Of a DNA stretch of 64,000 nt, positions 41,261 to 52,105 are shown piece by piece; positions within the stretch are counted from its first letter, which is position 1; every line of letters starts with the position of its first letter. Both the position numbers and the translations under genes were made by a program. The notes below the pieces were generated by a model. It saw nothing but the letters and a program-made list of their open reading frames with translations, ran no database searches and was not told where the DNA came from. Location: NCBI GenBank assembly GCA_963728405.1, contig CAVSJV010000017.1, positions 96,001 to 160,000 on the forward strand, in the 5' to 3' direction. This DNA comes from Methanomassiliicoccaceae archaeon (lineage in GTDB: Archaea > Thermoplasmatota > Thermoplasmata > Methanomassiliicoccales > Methanomassiliicoccaceae).

Positions 41261-42451
41261 ATGCAGATCGGTATAGTCGGAAAGCCCAATGTAGGCAAGT
41301 CGACCTTCTTCTGCGCGGCGACCCTGGCCACCGCGGAGATCGCCAATTACCCGTTCACGACCATTAAGGCCAACAAGGGTGTGGCCTTCGTCCGGGGGCG
41401 CTGCCCGCACCTGGACTTCAATACCCAATGCGTGCCTCGTAACGCGGCCTGTGAGGGCGGGACCCGGCTTATCCCGGTGGAGATGCTGGATGTGGCCGGG
41501 CTGGTGCCCGATGCCTGGCAAGGGCGGGGGCTGGGGAATCAATTCCTGGACGACCTCAGGCAAGCGAACGCCCTCATCCATGTGGTGGACGCCTCCGGCT
41601 CGACCGATATCGAAGGAAACGCCGTCCCCCTGGGCTCTCACGACCCGGTGGAGGACATCAAGTTCCTGGAGAAGGAGATCGCCTTCTGGATCAGAGGCAT
41701 CCTCGATAAAGGCTGGGAGAAGTCGGCCCGTCAGGTGCACCTTCAGAACCAATCCATAGAACTGATCATCCACGACCGCCTCACCGGACTGGGCGTGACC
41801 GAAGCGCAGATATCGGCAGCCCTGCGCGAAGCCAAGCCACCCGAGAACCCCATGAACTGGGGTCCCGAGGACATGCTGCGGATCGCCGATGTCATTCGCA
41901 AGTATTCCAAACCCATGATCATCGCCCTTAACAAGGCCGATCTAGCCGACGACGCGACCATCAAGCGACTGACCGAGACGGCCGGGGAAATGTGCATCCC
42001 GACCATCGCGGAGGCCGAGTTGGCGCTGAAGAGGGCGGCCAAGGCCAAGCTGGTCAACTATCTTCCGGGGGAGGAGAGCTTCAGCGTGGCCGATCCTTCC
42101 AAGCTCAACGCTAACCAAAAAAAGGCCCTCGACAAGATCGATGAGGAGGTCAAGCGATATCATGGCACAGGCGTCCAGAAGTGCCTGGAGAAGGCGACCT
42201 ACGAGCTCCTGGACCTGATCATCGTCTACCCGGTGGAGGACGAGACCAGGCTCACCGACCATGACGGCCGGGTGTTGCCGGACGCCTTCCTCGTCCCCAA
42301 GGGCACCACGGCCAAAGGGCTGGCGTACAAGGTCCACACGGACTTGGGAGAAAACTTTATCCGGGCCATCAACGTCAGAACGCACCGGACGGTCGGCAAC
42401 GATTATGTTCTGCAGAACAATGACGTGATCACGATCGTCTCCCGGAAGTGA
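41261..42451 (+). CDS. ychF: Obg-family ATPase YchF
   Basis: GKPNVGKST, NYPFTT, DVAG, NKAD, C-terminal TGS domain. Confidence 0.95.
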   Translation: MQIGIVGKPNVGKSTFFCAATLATAEIANYPFTTIKANKGVAFVRGRCPHLDFNTQCVPRNAACEGGTRLIPVEMLDVAGLVPDAWQGRGLGNQFLDDLRQANALIHVVDASGSTDIEGNAVPLGSHDPVEDIKFLEKEIAFWIRGILDKGWEKSARQVHLQNQSIELIIHDRLTGLGVTEAQISAALREAKPPENPMNWGPEDMLRIADVIRKYSKPMIIALNKADLADDATIKRLTETAGEMCIPTIAEAELALKRAAKAKLVNYLPGEESFSVADPSKLNANQKKALDKIDEEVKRYHGTGVQKCLEKATYELLDLIIVYPVEDETRLTDHDGRVLPDAFLVPKGTTAKGLAYKVHTDLGENFIRAINVRTHRTVGNDYVLQNNDVITIVSRK

Positions 42452-45400
42452 GAACATTGGGTCAATGGGACGTCCGCCTTCTAGCCGCCACCTACCGTAG
42501 GGTGGAGAACGATCAGCTGGCCATCGAGATGTATGGCGCGCTGGATGATGGCCGCTCCATCGTCGTTCGCTACACCGGCTTCGAGCCATACTTCGACCTG
42601 GTGGAGCCGACCCCGGCCGTGATGGGGCAGTTGCGCAAGGACCCGGACGTAAGACGGGTCGAGGAGATGTCCATTTTCTACAAGGGCGTCCTGCGTCCGG
42701 CCGCCAAGGTCGTGGTCCGATTCCCCTGGCTAGTGCCTGACTTCCGCGCGAGGCTGAAACGAGAGTTCGATGTCCTGGCCGCAGACATACCGTTCCATCA
42801 CCGTTTCATCTACGATTTCGACCTAGGTTCCTGCATCCGGGCGTACGGGAAGGAAGGGGTGGGAGAGTACCGCACCGACCTGATAGTGGACATGGACCAC
42901 GTGGAAGGGAAGAATGCTCCGCGGTTCGATAATCTGCCGCCGTTCAACCCGGACCTCAAGGTGATGTCCTTCGACATCGAGAACTCCGTCAAGGACGGCA
43001 CCATACTCACCATCTGCTATGTGATCCGCGAGAATGGCCAGCTTCGGAGCGGGGCCCCCATCAGCGGGGACGAGCGAACGATCATCGACACCTTCACCAG
43101 GGCGATCCAGGAGGAGGACCCCGACATCATCACCGGCTACAATATCGACAATTACGATATCCCGACCATCATGGAACGGGCCAAGCTGGTCAAGGCCGGC
43201 AAGCTGGCGTGGGGGAGGGATATGTCCGAACCCCGCAAGGTAGGCCAACGTGGCTGGCGGCTGACCGGACGGCTGGTGGTAGATGCATGGTGGGCGGCCA
43301 AGATCCAGCTGCGGCCCAAGCAGGAGACGCTCAATCACGTGGCCAAGCTCTGCCTCGGTGAGGAGAAGCTCGACGTCGAGCCATCGAAGATGGACGCGGA
43401 GTGGGAGCGGGACCGCCAGAAGGTCATGCGCTATTGCCTCAGGGATGCCGAGCTGGCCCTCCGCATCCTGGAGTATGTCGGCTCGTTGCGCAAGACCATG
43501 GATGTGGCCGCGGTGTCCAAGCTCCCCATGGACGATGTCCAATCCTCGGGCAACTCCATGCTGATCGACTCGATCCTGATCCGGGAAGCGGACCGGGTGC
43601 CGCCGCCCTACGGCCCGGTGGGCGTGCCGCTCACGGGCAATTTCGACGATGACGAGGATGCGATCGAGGGTGGCTACGTCCATACCATCGAACCCGGCCT
43701 CTATCATTGGGTCATCGTGCTGGACTTCAAGTCCATGTATCCCTCGCTGATCATCAACAAGAACATCTGCTTCACCACTCTCAGCGACCAGGGGACCATC
43801 GTCGCCCCCACCGGCGTCAAGTTCCTCTCCAAGGAGCAGAAGGAGGGCCTGCTGCCCAAGATCCTGAAGGACCTGATGAGGCAGCGGGACGAGATCAAGC
43901 GGAAGATGAGGGAGACCAGTGACCCCGACGAGTTCCGTTACTACGATGGGCTCCAGAATGCGGTCAAGATCCTCATGAACGCCGTGTACGGGGTGTTCGC
44001 CTCGTCGTTCTACAGGTTCACCGACCGGAACATCGGTAGCGCCATCACCGCCTTCGCCCGGGACACGGTCAAGACGCTCATCGCCCGACTGGGAGAGGAG
44101 GGCTGTAAGGTCATCTACGGAGATAGCATAACCGCGGACAGGTTCGTAACGATACTCGATCCAGAAGGAATGGTCCAGATAAAAAACATTGAGGAACTGT
44201 TCAATGAAAACAAGGAAAAAATATCGAAGAGGGGAGAAAAAGAAGTAATACCCCTCCAAGGACATAGAGCGCTGTCCATGCTGCCATCGGGGAAAGGCAC
44301 ATGGTCAGAAATAAAAGAGATCGTAAGACACAAAACGGACAAAAAGATCTACAGGGTTGGCCAGAAACTCGGGGAAAGCGTAACAACAGAAGACCACTCC
44401 TTCATTACCTGGCAAGACAACCAGCTTGTAGAGACAAAACCCAACGGCATGCTTGAAAGAAGCATGGTACGGGTGGAAGAAATACCCTCAGTAAAGAAGT
44501 TAGAAACACTGGACATGTATGAATTGCTCAAGCACCATTCATACAAAACCACATACAAGGGCTCGATCAAAAGATCAGAGCTCAGAAAAGATGACGATCA
44601 TGTCTGGTTCAATTGGACAGTGAGAAAAGACCCTGTAAAGCTTAAAAGATTTGTACAAATAGGTACCCCCGAATTTGAAGCGTTGTGCAGGATCCTCGGG
44701 GCCTACATAGCGGAAGGGAGCAGTTCAACCACCGAGACAGCAACAAGAAACGGAGCCAGTATATCCAATTCAGACCAAGCATGGCTGGAGCAACTTCAGA
44801 AAGATTACTACTTGCTATTCTCAGGGACGACAGCAAGCGTGATAAGATCAGATTACGGAACAAGAAAATTGACTTACCGTAACAATCATAGCGAGGTAAC
44901 TATCCATTATGAAGACCAAACGTTCAAGCTGCAGATGATGAATCAAATGGCAGCTGTTTTCTTCAAAGGACTGTGTGGACAGAAAAGTAAGGGAAAAAAG
45001 CTCCCCGACTTCATCTTTCACGTCGAAGACAGGTACAAAAAGATCATGATGGAGGAAATGATAAAAGGAGACGGGTCAAGAGTAACGAACAAGAACCTTC
45101 CTTATTCGGACGAATACAAAAAAACCTTCTTCAAATATGAGACAAGATCGCTGCAACTGGCATGCGGCATCAGCCTGCTGCTTAGCCAGCTGAATGAGAA
45201 ATACGCGGTCAGGTACAGGGAAGAAAAAAACACCTACTGCATAACCAGAACGCACAACCATTACAACAATTTGCTTAGAAGCAAGATAAAAGAAGAAGAA
45301 TATGTAGGGTATGTTTACGACCTCTCAGTAGAAGGCACGCACTCTTTTGTGGATAGCTGTGGTCAAATATTATTACATAACACGGACTCGTTGTTCGTTC

Positions 45401-46146
45401 AATCACCTTACAACAACCTTGAGGAGACGGTCAAGTTCGGAAAGGAGATCTCGGAGCGATTCTCCCGTGAGATCTCCCAGATGGAGTTTCAGAAGGTACT
45501 CGAACCGCTGTTCTCCCACGGCAAGAAGAAGCGCTACGTGGGTCGTTCAGTCTGGCCGGACCAGGAACTTCTGATCCGCGGCTATGAGACCCGAAGGTCC
45601 GACGCGTTCGACCTCCAGAGCGCGGTGCTCATGGCGGTGTTCGAACATATCCTGAACGAAAGGACGGAGGAAGCGGTCAAGATCGCCCGGGAGAATGTTC
45701 AGCTGGCCATGGACTGCAAAGCGCCCATCGAGTCGCTGGTCATCTCCCGCACCTGCAAATCGTTCAACTCATACAAGGACCCCGACTCCCAGGCCAACGT
45801 CCAGGCCGCCCGGAAGCTCATGGCCATGGGGTACGATTTCGTACCGGGGATGAAGGTATCGTGGGTCGTCACCGATTCGAAGAAGACCCCTCAGGAGGTG
45901 GAACCGTATGTCAGCGGCCGCAAGTTCGAACACCACCCAGATTGCCGCTACTATGCAGAAAGGATCGCCCAGACCGCGGCCCGGGCCACAGAAGTGTTCG
46001 GATGGGGCGAGAAGGACCTCCTGACTGGCTCCCAACAGGTCACGCTGTTCGATACGTCATTCTCGGGAGGTTCGAACGAGCCCCGAAAGAAGAAGCCAGA
46101 GGCCAAGAAATCGAACAAGAAGCTCGATCTGCGAGATTTCATGTGA
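42448..46146 (+). CDS. polB: Family B DNA polymerase containing an intein
   Basis: SFDIE, GYN..YD, DFKSMYPS, KILMNAVYG, YGD|TDS split by the intein, KKRY. Confidence 0.96.
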   Translation: MRTLGQWDVRLLAATYRRVENDQLAIEMYGALDDGRSIVVRYTGFEPYFDLVEPTPAVMGQLRKDPDVRRVEEMSIFYKGVLRPAAKVVVRFPWLVPDFRARLKREFDVLAADIPFHHRFIYDFDLGSCIRAYGKEGVGEYRTDLIVDMDHVEGKNAPRFDNLPPFNPDLKVMSFDIENSVKDGTILTICYVIRENGQLRSGAPISGDERTIIDTFTRAIQEEDPDIITGYNIDNYDIPTIMERAKLVKAGKLAWGRDMSEPRKVGQRGWRLTGRLVVDAWWAAKIQLRPKQETLNHVAKLCLGEEKLDVEPSKMDAEWERDRQKVMRYCLRDAELALRILEYVGSLRKTMDVAAVSKLPMDDVQSSGNSMLIDSILIREADRVPPPYGPVGVPLTGNFDDDEDAIEGGYVHTIEPGLYHWVIVLDFKSMYPSLIINKNICFTTLSDQGTIVAPTGVKFLSKEQKEGLLPKILKDLMRQRDEIKRKMRETSDPDEFRYYDGLQNAVKILMNAVYGVFASSFYRFTDRNIGSAITAFARDTVKTLIARLGEEGCKVIYGDSITADRFVTILDPEGMVQIKNIEELFNENKEKISKRGEKEVIPLQGHRALSMLPSGKGTWSEIKEIVRHKTDKKIYRVGQKLGESVTTEDHSFITWQDNQLVETKPNGMLERSMVRVEEIPSVKKLETLDMYELLKHHSYKTTYKGSIKRSELRKDDDHVWFNWTVRKDPVKLKRFVQIGTPEFEALCRILGAYIAEGSSSTTETATRNGASISNSDQAWLEQLQKDYYLLFSGTTASVIRSDYGTRKLTYRNNHSEVTIHYEDQTFKLQMMNQMAAVFFKGLCGQKSKGKKLPDFIFHVEDRYKKIMMEEMIKGDGSRVTNKNLPYSDEYKKTFFKYETRSLQLACGISLLLSQLNEKYAVRYREEKNTYCITRTHNHYNNLLRSKIKEEEYVGYVYDLSVEGTHSFVDSCGQILLHNTDSLFVQSPYNNLEETVKFGKEISERFSREISQMEFQKVLEPLFSHGKKKRYVGRSVWPDQELLIRGYETRRSDAFDLQSAVLMAVFEHILNERTEEAVKIARENVQLAMDCKAPIESLVISRTCKSFNSYKDPDSQANVQAARKLMAMGYDFVPGMKVSWVVTDSKKTPQEVEPYVSGRKFEHHPDCRYYAERIAQTAARATEVFGWGEKDLLTGSQQVTLFDTSFSGGSNEPRKKKPEAKKSNKKLDLRDFM
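44125..45381 (+). mobile_element. Intein (419 aa) with LAGLIDADG homing endonuclease at the Pol-c (YGD/TDS) site
   Basis: Starts S(ITAD), block B TTEDHS, LGAYIAEGS and MIKGDGS, VYDLSV, ends HN followed by T; sharply A-rich and low GC. Confidence 0.96.
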
Positions 46147-46225
46147 TGCGCGCTGAATTGGCGACTGGCTAGCACCTACCCATTATCAAGTAGAAAATCC
46201 AGGCAGATACGTTTAACTTCCCACT

Positions 46226-46669
46226 ATGACGTTGCTGGCCCGGGTGTCGGATTTGATAGGTAAACTTGAGATCATTGGAGAGTGGGCCGACGACGGCTCA
46301 TTGGAAGAGAGAGGCGAGCACCGAATTCTGAACGTTGGGGAATTGAACGAGGCCATCAGGCAGAAGGTCTATGAGCTCGACCTGCAGCTGCTTCTGGCTG
46401 GCCTCATGACCATCCTGGGGATCCATCAAGAAGGGGAGGAGAAGCGCTTTTCTCTGGAGGTCCACGTACCGCTGTTCCTGGAGGAGGGGGCAGAATATGA
46501 CGTCGGGATGCTGTATCGCCGAGCAGCGGCATTGAAGGCGCTGGAAGAACATGGCTATTATCTGGAAAGCCACCTCGGAGGATATGTGAAGTGCTTCCTG
46601 GAGGGCTCGCTCGCTGAGCTGAATTCCGAGCTGGACTTCGTCGAGGGAGCGTTGGCCGAGGCCAGCTGA
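46226..46669 (+). CDS. Hypothetical acidic protein
   Basis: 147-aa ORF filling the gap between polB and rpl15e. Confidence 0.65.
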   Translation: MTLLARVSDLIGKLEIIGEWADDGSLEERGEHRILNVGELNEAIRQKVYELDLQLLLAGLMTILGIHQEGEEKRFSLEVHVPLFLEEGAEYDVGMLYRRAAALKALEEHGYYLESHLGGYVKCFLEGSLAELNSELDFVEGALAEAS

Positions 46670-46741
46670 AAATATCATGCTTTGACCGCCCCCGGTCCAA
46701 TAAAGTATTTATAACGATACGCAATCTGTCGAAACCTAGTC

Positions 46742-46811
46742 ACGAGAGGATATCTCGTCGGAGATGTGCCCCCGACAGGTGGGGTGAATCCTTAAACGCC
46801 GCTACGGCGGC
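46742..46811 (+). ncRNA. Structured 5' leader of rpl15e (candidate eL15 ribosomal leader)
   Basis: Three hairpins: ACGAGA/TCTCGT, GCCCC/GGGGT, and GCCGC-TACG-GCGGC (cUACGg loop), downstream of TTTATA at 46708. Confidence 0.55.
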
Positions 46812-46823
46812 ATGGTGATACAC

Positions 46824-47519
46824 ATGGCAACGAAAGAGGTAACAGCGCCCGCGGTCGAGGGAGAAGAGAAGAAGACCGTTAAGGGCAGGAATATGTACCA
46901 TTATATGGCCGAGGCCTGGAACAGGCCATCCGACACTTACGTGAAGGATCTGCAGTGGGAGCGTCTCATCCAGTGGCGCAAGGACGAGAACTTCATGAAG
47001 CTCGACCATCCCACTCGATTGGACCGCGCCCGCAAGCTGGGCTTCAAGGCCAAGCAGGGCATCATCGTCGTCCGGGGCCGCGTTCGTAAGGGTTCCCTGA
47101 GGCGCCGCCAGATCCGCAAGGGTCGCCGTGCCAAGCGTAAGGGTATCAACAAGATCACTATGGGCAAGAGCCTGCAGCGGATCGCCGAAGAGCGTGCCGC
47201 CAAGAAGTTCCCCAACATGGAGGTCCTGAACTCCTACTGGGTGGGCATGGATGGCCTGCACGAGTGGTTCGAGATCATCCTGGTCGACCCCCATCACGCG
47301 GTCATCAAGGCGGACAAGAACCTCAACTGGATCTGCTCCTCCAAGCACAAGGGCCGCGTGTTCCGTGGCCTGACCGCAGCTGGAAAGGCCGGTCGCGGTC
47401 TGAAGTGGAAGGGCAAGGGTGCGGAGAAGCTGCGCCCCTCGATGTCCGCTCGCGTAGCCAAGAGAAACCGCCACGGCCACGGCCACGCCCACAACGGCGC
47501 CATGGGTCGCGGCAAGTAG
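46824..47519 (+). CDS. rpl15e: 50S ribosomal protein L15e
   Basis: PTRLDRARKLGFKAKQG, IAEERA, VLNSYWV, EIILVDP, RGLTAAG. Confidence 0.97.
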   Translation: MATKEVTAPAVEGEEKKTVKGRNMYHYMAEAWNRPSDTYVKDLQWERLIQWRKDENFMKLDHPTRLDRARKLGFKAKQGIIVVRGRVRKGSLRRRQIRKGRRAKRKGINKITMGKSLQRIAEERAAKKFPNMEVLNSYWVGMDGLHEWFEIILVDPHHAVIKADKNLNWICSSKHKGRVFRGLTAAGKAGRGLKWKGKGAEKLRPSMSARVAKRNRHGHGHAHNGAMGRGK

Positions 47520-47527
47520 GCTCTGAA

Positions 47528-47570
47528 CCCTTTCCAAAACCCCCTTTATTTTCCTATTTTTTATCTTTCG
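47528..47570 (+). terminator. T-rich terminator after rpl15e
   Basis: CCCTTTATTTTCCTATTTTTTATCTTTC. Confidence 0.55.
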
Positions 47571-47799
47571 TTGATAAGAGGACCTCATCTCGGCAGGGAG
47601 AGGGCAGATCGTGCCTAGTGGTCTTGAGGAAAGTAACTGGCGATCCTTGCATCGGCAGAATGGTCGGCAGCGGCTTCATCACCAAGCCCCAGTGGGCCAA
47701 GTTGAGATATACGAGGGGCACAACAAACTTCCCTCCGATCCATTTATCATGGTCGCAGCCTTGGCCATTTCCACCCATTCGGGAGGGGCAGTTTTGACC

Positions 47800-50700
47800 T
47801 CATCGTCTGCGTCGAGCTACTACGATAAGCACTAGAGCTATCACGATGGTCGATGCTATGGCGGCCAATGGCAGGATGAACTGGCCCGTGTTACCGCTCG
47901 TCGATAGCTGCCTGCTGCCGATGGACCCTTCCTCCCCCGGCACAACATCGACGTCCCAGGACAGATCGCTGTAACTGTCCTTGTGGACCTCGAGTTGGAC
48001 CGGTCCGGAGGGAAGGTTCAACGAGAAGCTGCCATTCTCATCAGTAAGTACCGAGCTGCCGTCCGGCGTGGTGACCAGGGCTCCAACCACCGGATTACCT
48101 GTAGGATCCAATATGACCCCACTAATGATGCCTTGGTCAGTAGTGCGGAAGGTGAGCTCGAGCGGCCCGCTCCCGGCGCCATAGATATCGTTTATGCTAA
48201 CGGCGATCCCATACTCTAGGCCGGGTTCCAAGCGGCTGGAGGGCTGGATGATCAGGTCGTTACCCTGCCAGCTGATGGTCCCAGTTAAAGGCGCTGACCA
48301 TTGGAGGGTCGTAACATTAACCGCCTTGGAGAACACGATGACCACCGGCCCATCGCACGGCACGTCCTCAGCGACCTTCATCGAGGCGGTTAGCGGGGCT
48401 GTGTCCATGGTGAAGTTTGACCACGCGGTGGCGGTCCGACCGATCAGGTCGGTGGCCCTCAGGACCACGATGTGACGACCATCGGTCAACGAATACAGTG
48501 TAGTACTGACCTGCCCGGTCATATTGGTCCACGCTCCGTCATCCACGGAGATCTCGATGCTTGCCGATCCCACCGCGTCCGATGCATTCCATTCCACCTC
48601 CACCTCGCTAGACAATATCAACGAACGATCTATCGGTGAGAGGATGGTGATGGTCGGCGGGGTGGCTGTCCACGGTGAACTGAAGATATACGGTGGCGAC
48701 GTTCCCGGCCCGATCGGTCGAAGCCATGGAAAGGCGGTGTAGGCCATCATCAAGTTCGATCGAGAATGAGATAGAGTTGACGTTGGTCGAGTCCCTTACC
48801 AGCTGACCATCGATCCGGATCAGGTCCCGATGGTACCCTGAACCCGCATCGCTCACTGTGATGGATATGCTCACCGAAGGGCTCCCGATCACTGAGCCCG
48901 AGGACGGGGAAATGACACTGATCGTCGGCGCCGTGAGGTCCAGGTTGAACGTGACGGTTGCTTCGGCGGCATTACCTGCTACATCGGTGGCCCTCACCGT
49001 CGCCCGGTGCGCACCGGAGGAAAAGAGTTGTGCGCCATAGCTGGCAGATAGGGAAACATTTAGGAACGCCCTCCCGTCCACGCTCACCTCATAGTAAGCT
49101 ATCCCTGATGCGTCATCGGAGCCGGACCAGGAGATCAAGACCGTGGTGGTCCTTAGCCAAGCGCCTGGCGACGGGGACAGTATGGAGACCGTTGGAGGTG
49201 CGGTGTCGGGGATCTCGACCACCACTGGAGGGCCCCAGGGCCCCGGGCCCAGCTCGGTCCAGGCCCTTACGGTATAGATGACAGCACCGTAGGCCTTTAC
49301 ATCGCCGTCCACGATCGAGCGGTCCGTCGTCATGAATGACACCATACCGGTGGCACAGACGCGGGAAACCTCATATCTGATGACCGGGGCAAAGTCCGTG
49401 CGGTTCGGAGAGTTCCAGTCCAAGGTGACATCGTTGTCGTAGCAGACCGCCGAGATGGCCCAGGGTTCGGACACGAACGAGACGGTAGGGTATCGGTCCT
49501 CGGTCCCCCCCAGCGGATAGGCGACATCGACGGTACCGTCACCGTCGATATCGGGTTCGGTGAGATCCCACCAGAAGTTGCCCAAGGAGCATATCCCATG
49601 CCGCGGTCGAGCCATCGGACGCCTGGACCCTGGTCGGGTCATAGGTGGTGCCGCTGCCGTTGTTCTCGATGAAGACGTTCTCGTAGTAAAGGCATGTCGG
49701 CGACGCGGTCGAACGCACCGCCAGACCGGTGTTCGAGCGGAACAGATTATCGTAGGCGGTCACCTGGGAGGAATCGACCCGCAAGCCCTCGGCATTGACC
49801 GAGAAGTTGTTGCCGACCAGGATTATCTCCTCGCTGTCCAGCACCTTGATCGCATCGGCCCCGTTCCCAGCGATGCTCAGGGAGCGCAGGACGATGTTGG
49901 AGCAACCCTCGATCACCACCCCATCGTAGTTACTGTCGATGGTACAGTCCTGTACCTCCGCGCCGGTCACATTGAAGAGCATTAGTCCAGCCTGGCCGGG
50001 CCGGTCTGCCCCGCTAAGGTGGCAGCCGATGATCCTCAGCCCCACGGTGGTATTGCCGATGTAGATCTCATTGGAACCGATGGCGTGATCGACCACATAG
50101 TCCTCGATGATATAGGGGTCATCGGCCGCCCCGGTACCCGCCCAGCTCAGTGTGTTAGCCATGGCCACAAGCTCCTCATCGCTGTCGATGTGGAGGTCGT
50201 CCTTCAACCAGGTCACATTGTCGATCCAGGCGCATCCGCCCCCGTTGCCTTGCCGGAGGAATGTCCATACGATCTCCGTCCGGACGCCGGTCACGTCCAG
50301 GCTGGCATGGGCCCAGGGGCCCGAACCGTTCAATATGCTCAGTACAGCCCCATCGGCCTGGAAGGTCAGCGTGTCCGCGGAGGAAGGACAGTCCATCCTC
50401 CAGTCGAAGGCCAGGGTTCCCTTCCCCTCCAGAGTGACTTTGAGCCAGCTGCGCGAGGAGGAGACCACAGTCGCCGGACTGGGCGGAGATCCCTCCCCGG
50501 GTGGAGGCGGCGATCGAGGAGGTCCAGGTGGCATTCCCCTGCGTAGAGAAGTCCAGAGAGGGTAGGTCGAGGGCCGATGCCAGGACCGTCACCGGATAGT
50601 TGGGCAGCACCGAACGCACGTCGGTGATGGAGGAACTCGGTACGTCCGGAGAAGCAGTACTGACCTGGGTAGGCATGCCAGGAACGTAACCTCCAGTGTA

Positions 50701-52002
50701 CAGCTCGGTGCGGAACGATGACAGCAAGCCCGTGACGGTGCTATCGATGGTAAGCCGGAAGGTGGTCTTGCCGGAGTCATATTCTCCCTTCAGGTCGGAG
50801 AGGTCCAGACATAGGAAGGAAGGGAGGTCCTTGGAGCTGGATTCGTAGTACGGGCTGACCTCTTCCGTTCCCCCCTGGGTGGTGACGGTGATACTACCAT
50901 CCTGGCGCTGAGGGGAGGAGCTGTGCCACACGCCCAGGAGGCTCGGGGCGTAATCGGTCCGGTCGGTGACGTACACCAGCTGGTTCGAGGAGCCGATCTT
51001 CTTGAACGCATCATAGGTGATCCAATAATAGCCGCTGCCCCAGAAGCTGGCGCCCCAGGAGTTCACCACCTTGAACGCGCCGACCTCGCCCCCCGTGACC
51101 TTTCCATCATCATATCCGACGATGGTCTGAGCATGGTTCAGGCTTCCATAGATGTATTCCGACGAGGTGATCACCTTGTCTCCGGACGAACCAGTCAGCA
51201 CATCCGCGTTCAGCGCGAAGGTCACCGGGGTGCCGGAGGACACCACTGAGCGGAGGTCGCCTAGCGTCCCGGCCCAATCGTTAAGGTCGAGCGTTATCCT
51301 TTCTACGCGGAGGGCGCGGTGCAAGGGTGCCTCCCGGAAAGCGGCCTCGCCACCCCAGTCCAGATAAGAAGCGGAGGTCCCGGTGCCCACGTAAGGCATG
51401 GTGCTGAGGGTGGCTCCCCCCCAGGTGCACAGCACCTCCCCCACATCACCCATCCAGGAACCGGTGTCGGTGCCCCCGTTGACCTTGTTGTAGCACCAGG
51501 ACGGGCTGATCAGCTGAGAGGCGTTACCCTGGCTGGCATCGGTCCAACCATTGTCCTTGGCCTCCAAGTAGCCGTAGCAGTAATAGGCCAGGGCCCAGGC
51601 TGCGCAGCTCCCCACATTGCCCTGGTTCCCGACCACTGGAAAACACGGATCGGTGGAGAGGTCGTAGCTTGTTGGGCTTGCCAAGGCGCCGTACAAGCCA
51701 TCTCTGACCACCACCTGGTCGACCATGGCCGCATACTCTTCTTCGGTGGGAGGGGCATAGCCGGTCCCGTAATCGCCCACTATGACGTTGTAGTTCACCG
51801 AAGGGTCCCGGACCCCCAGGACCAGCTTCAGTTCCTCGACGTCGGCCGTGGTCATCAGGTGAACGCCTCCTCCGGAAACCTGCTCGGCCGTGGACTGGCC
51901 CGTCGCTCCGACGGAGGCCATGACCGGCGGGAGGATCGAGCTGATGAGCATCATGACCAACAGTACTGCCGATGCTGCTCCTTTGATAGAGACCCCGACC
52001 AC
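47800..52002 (-). CDS. Large secreted, membrane-anchored C1A (papain-like) protease with beta-helix, FN3/Ig-like and carboxypeptidase-regulatory-like domains (three frameshifts)
   Basis: Signal peptide; QGNVGSCAAW, NHA and NSWG; four consecutive ORFs joined by shifts near 50465, 49590 and 48668; repeated DT.PPT.SI.SP units; C-terminal TM plus RRRR. Confidence 0.82.
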
Positions 52003-52105
52003 GTCGACCCCGTGGTTGCAATGGGACTATTGAATTTTAACCTTTTGAAAAAAATATCAAATAGATAAGTCAGTGAATAATATCATCAGACGGAGCTGAC
52101 CGAGG

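Noticed and set aside
42823-44265. 480-aa antisense ORF in polB and similar long shadow ORFs (18723-19910, 38701-39663, 29982-30914, 260-763)
   Set aside because: They overlap well-supported genes, lack motifs, and are expected in GC-rich sequence
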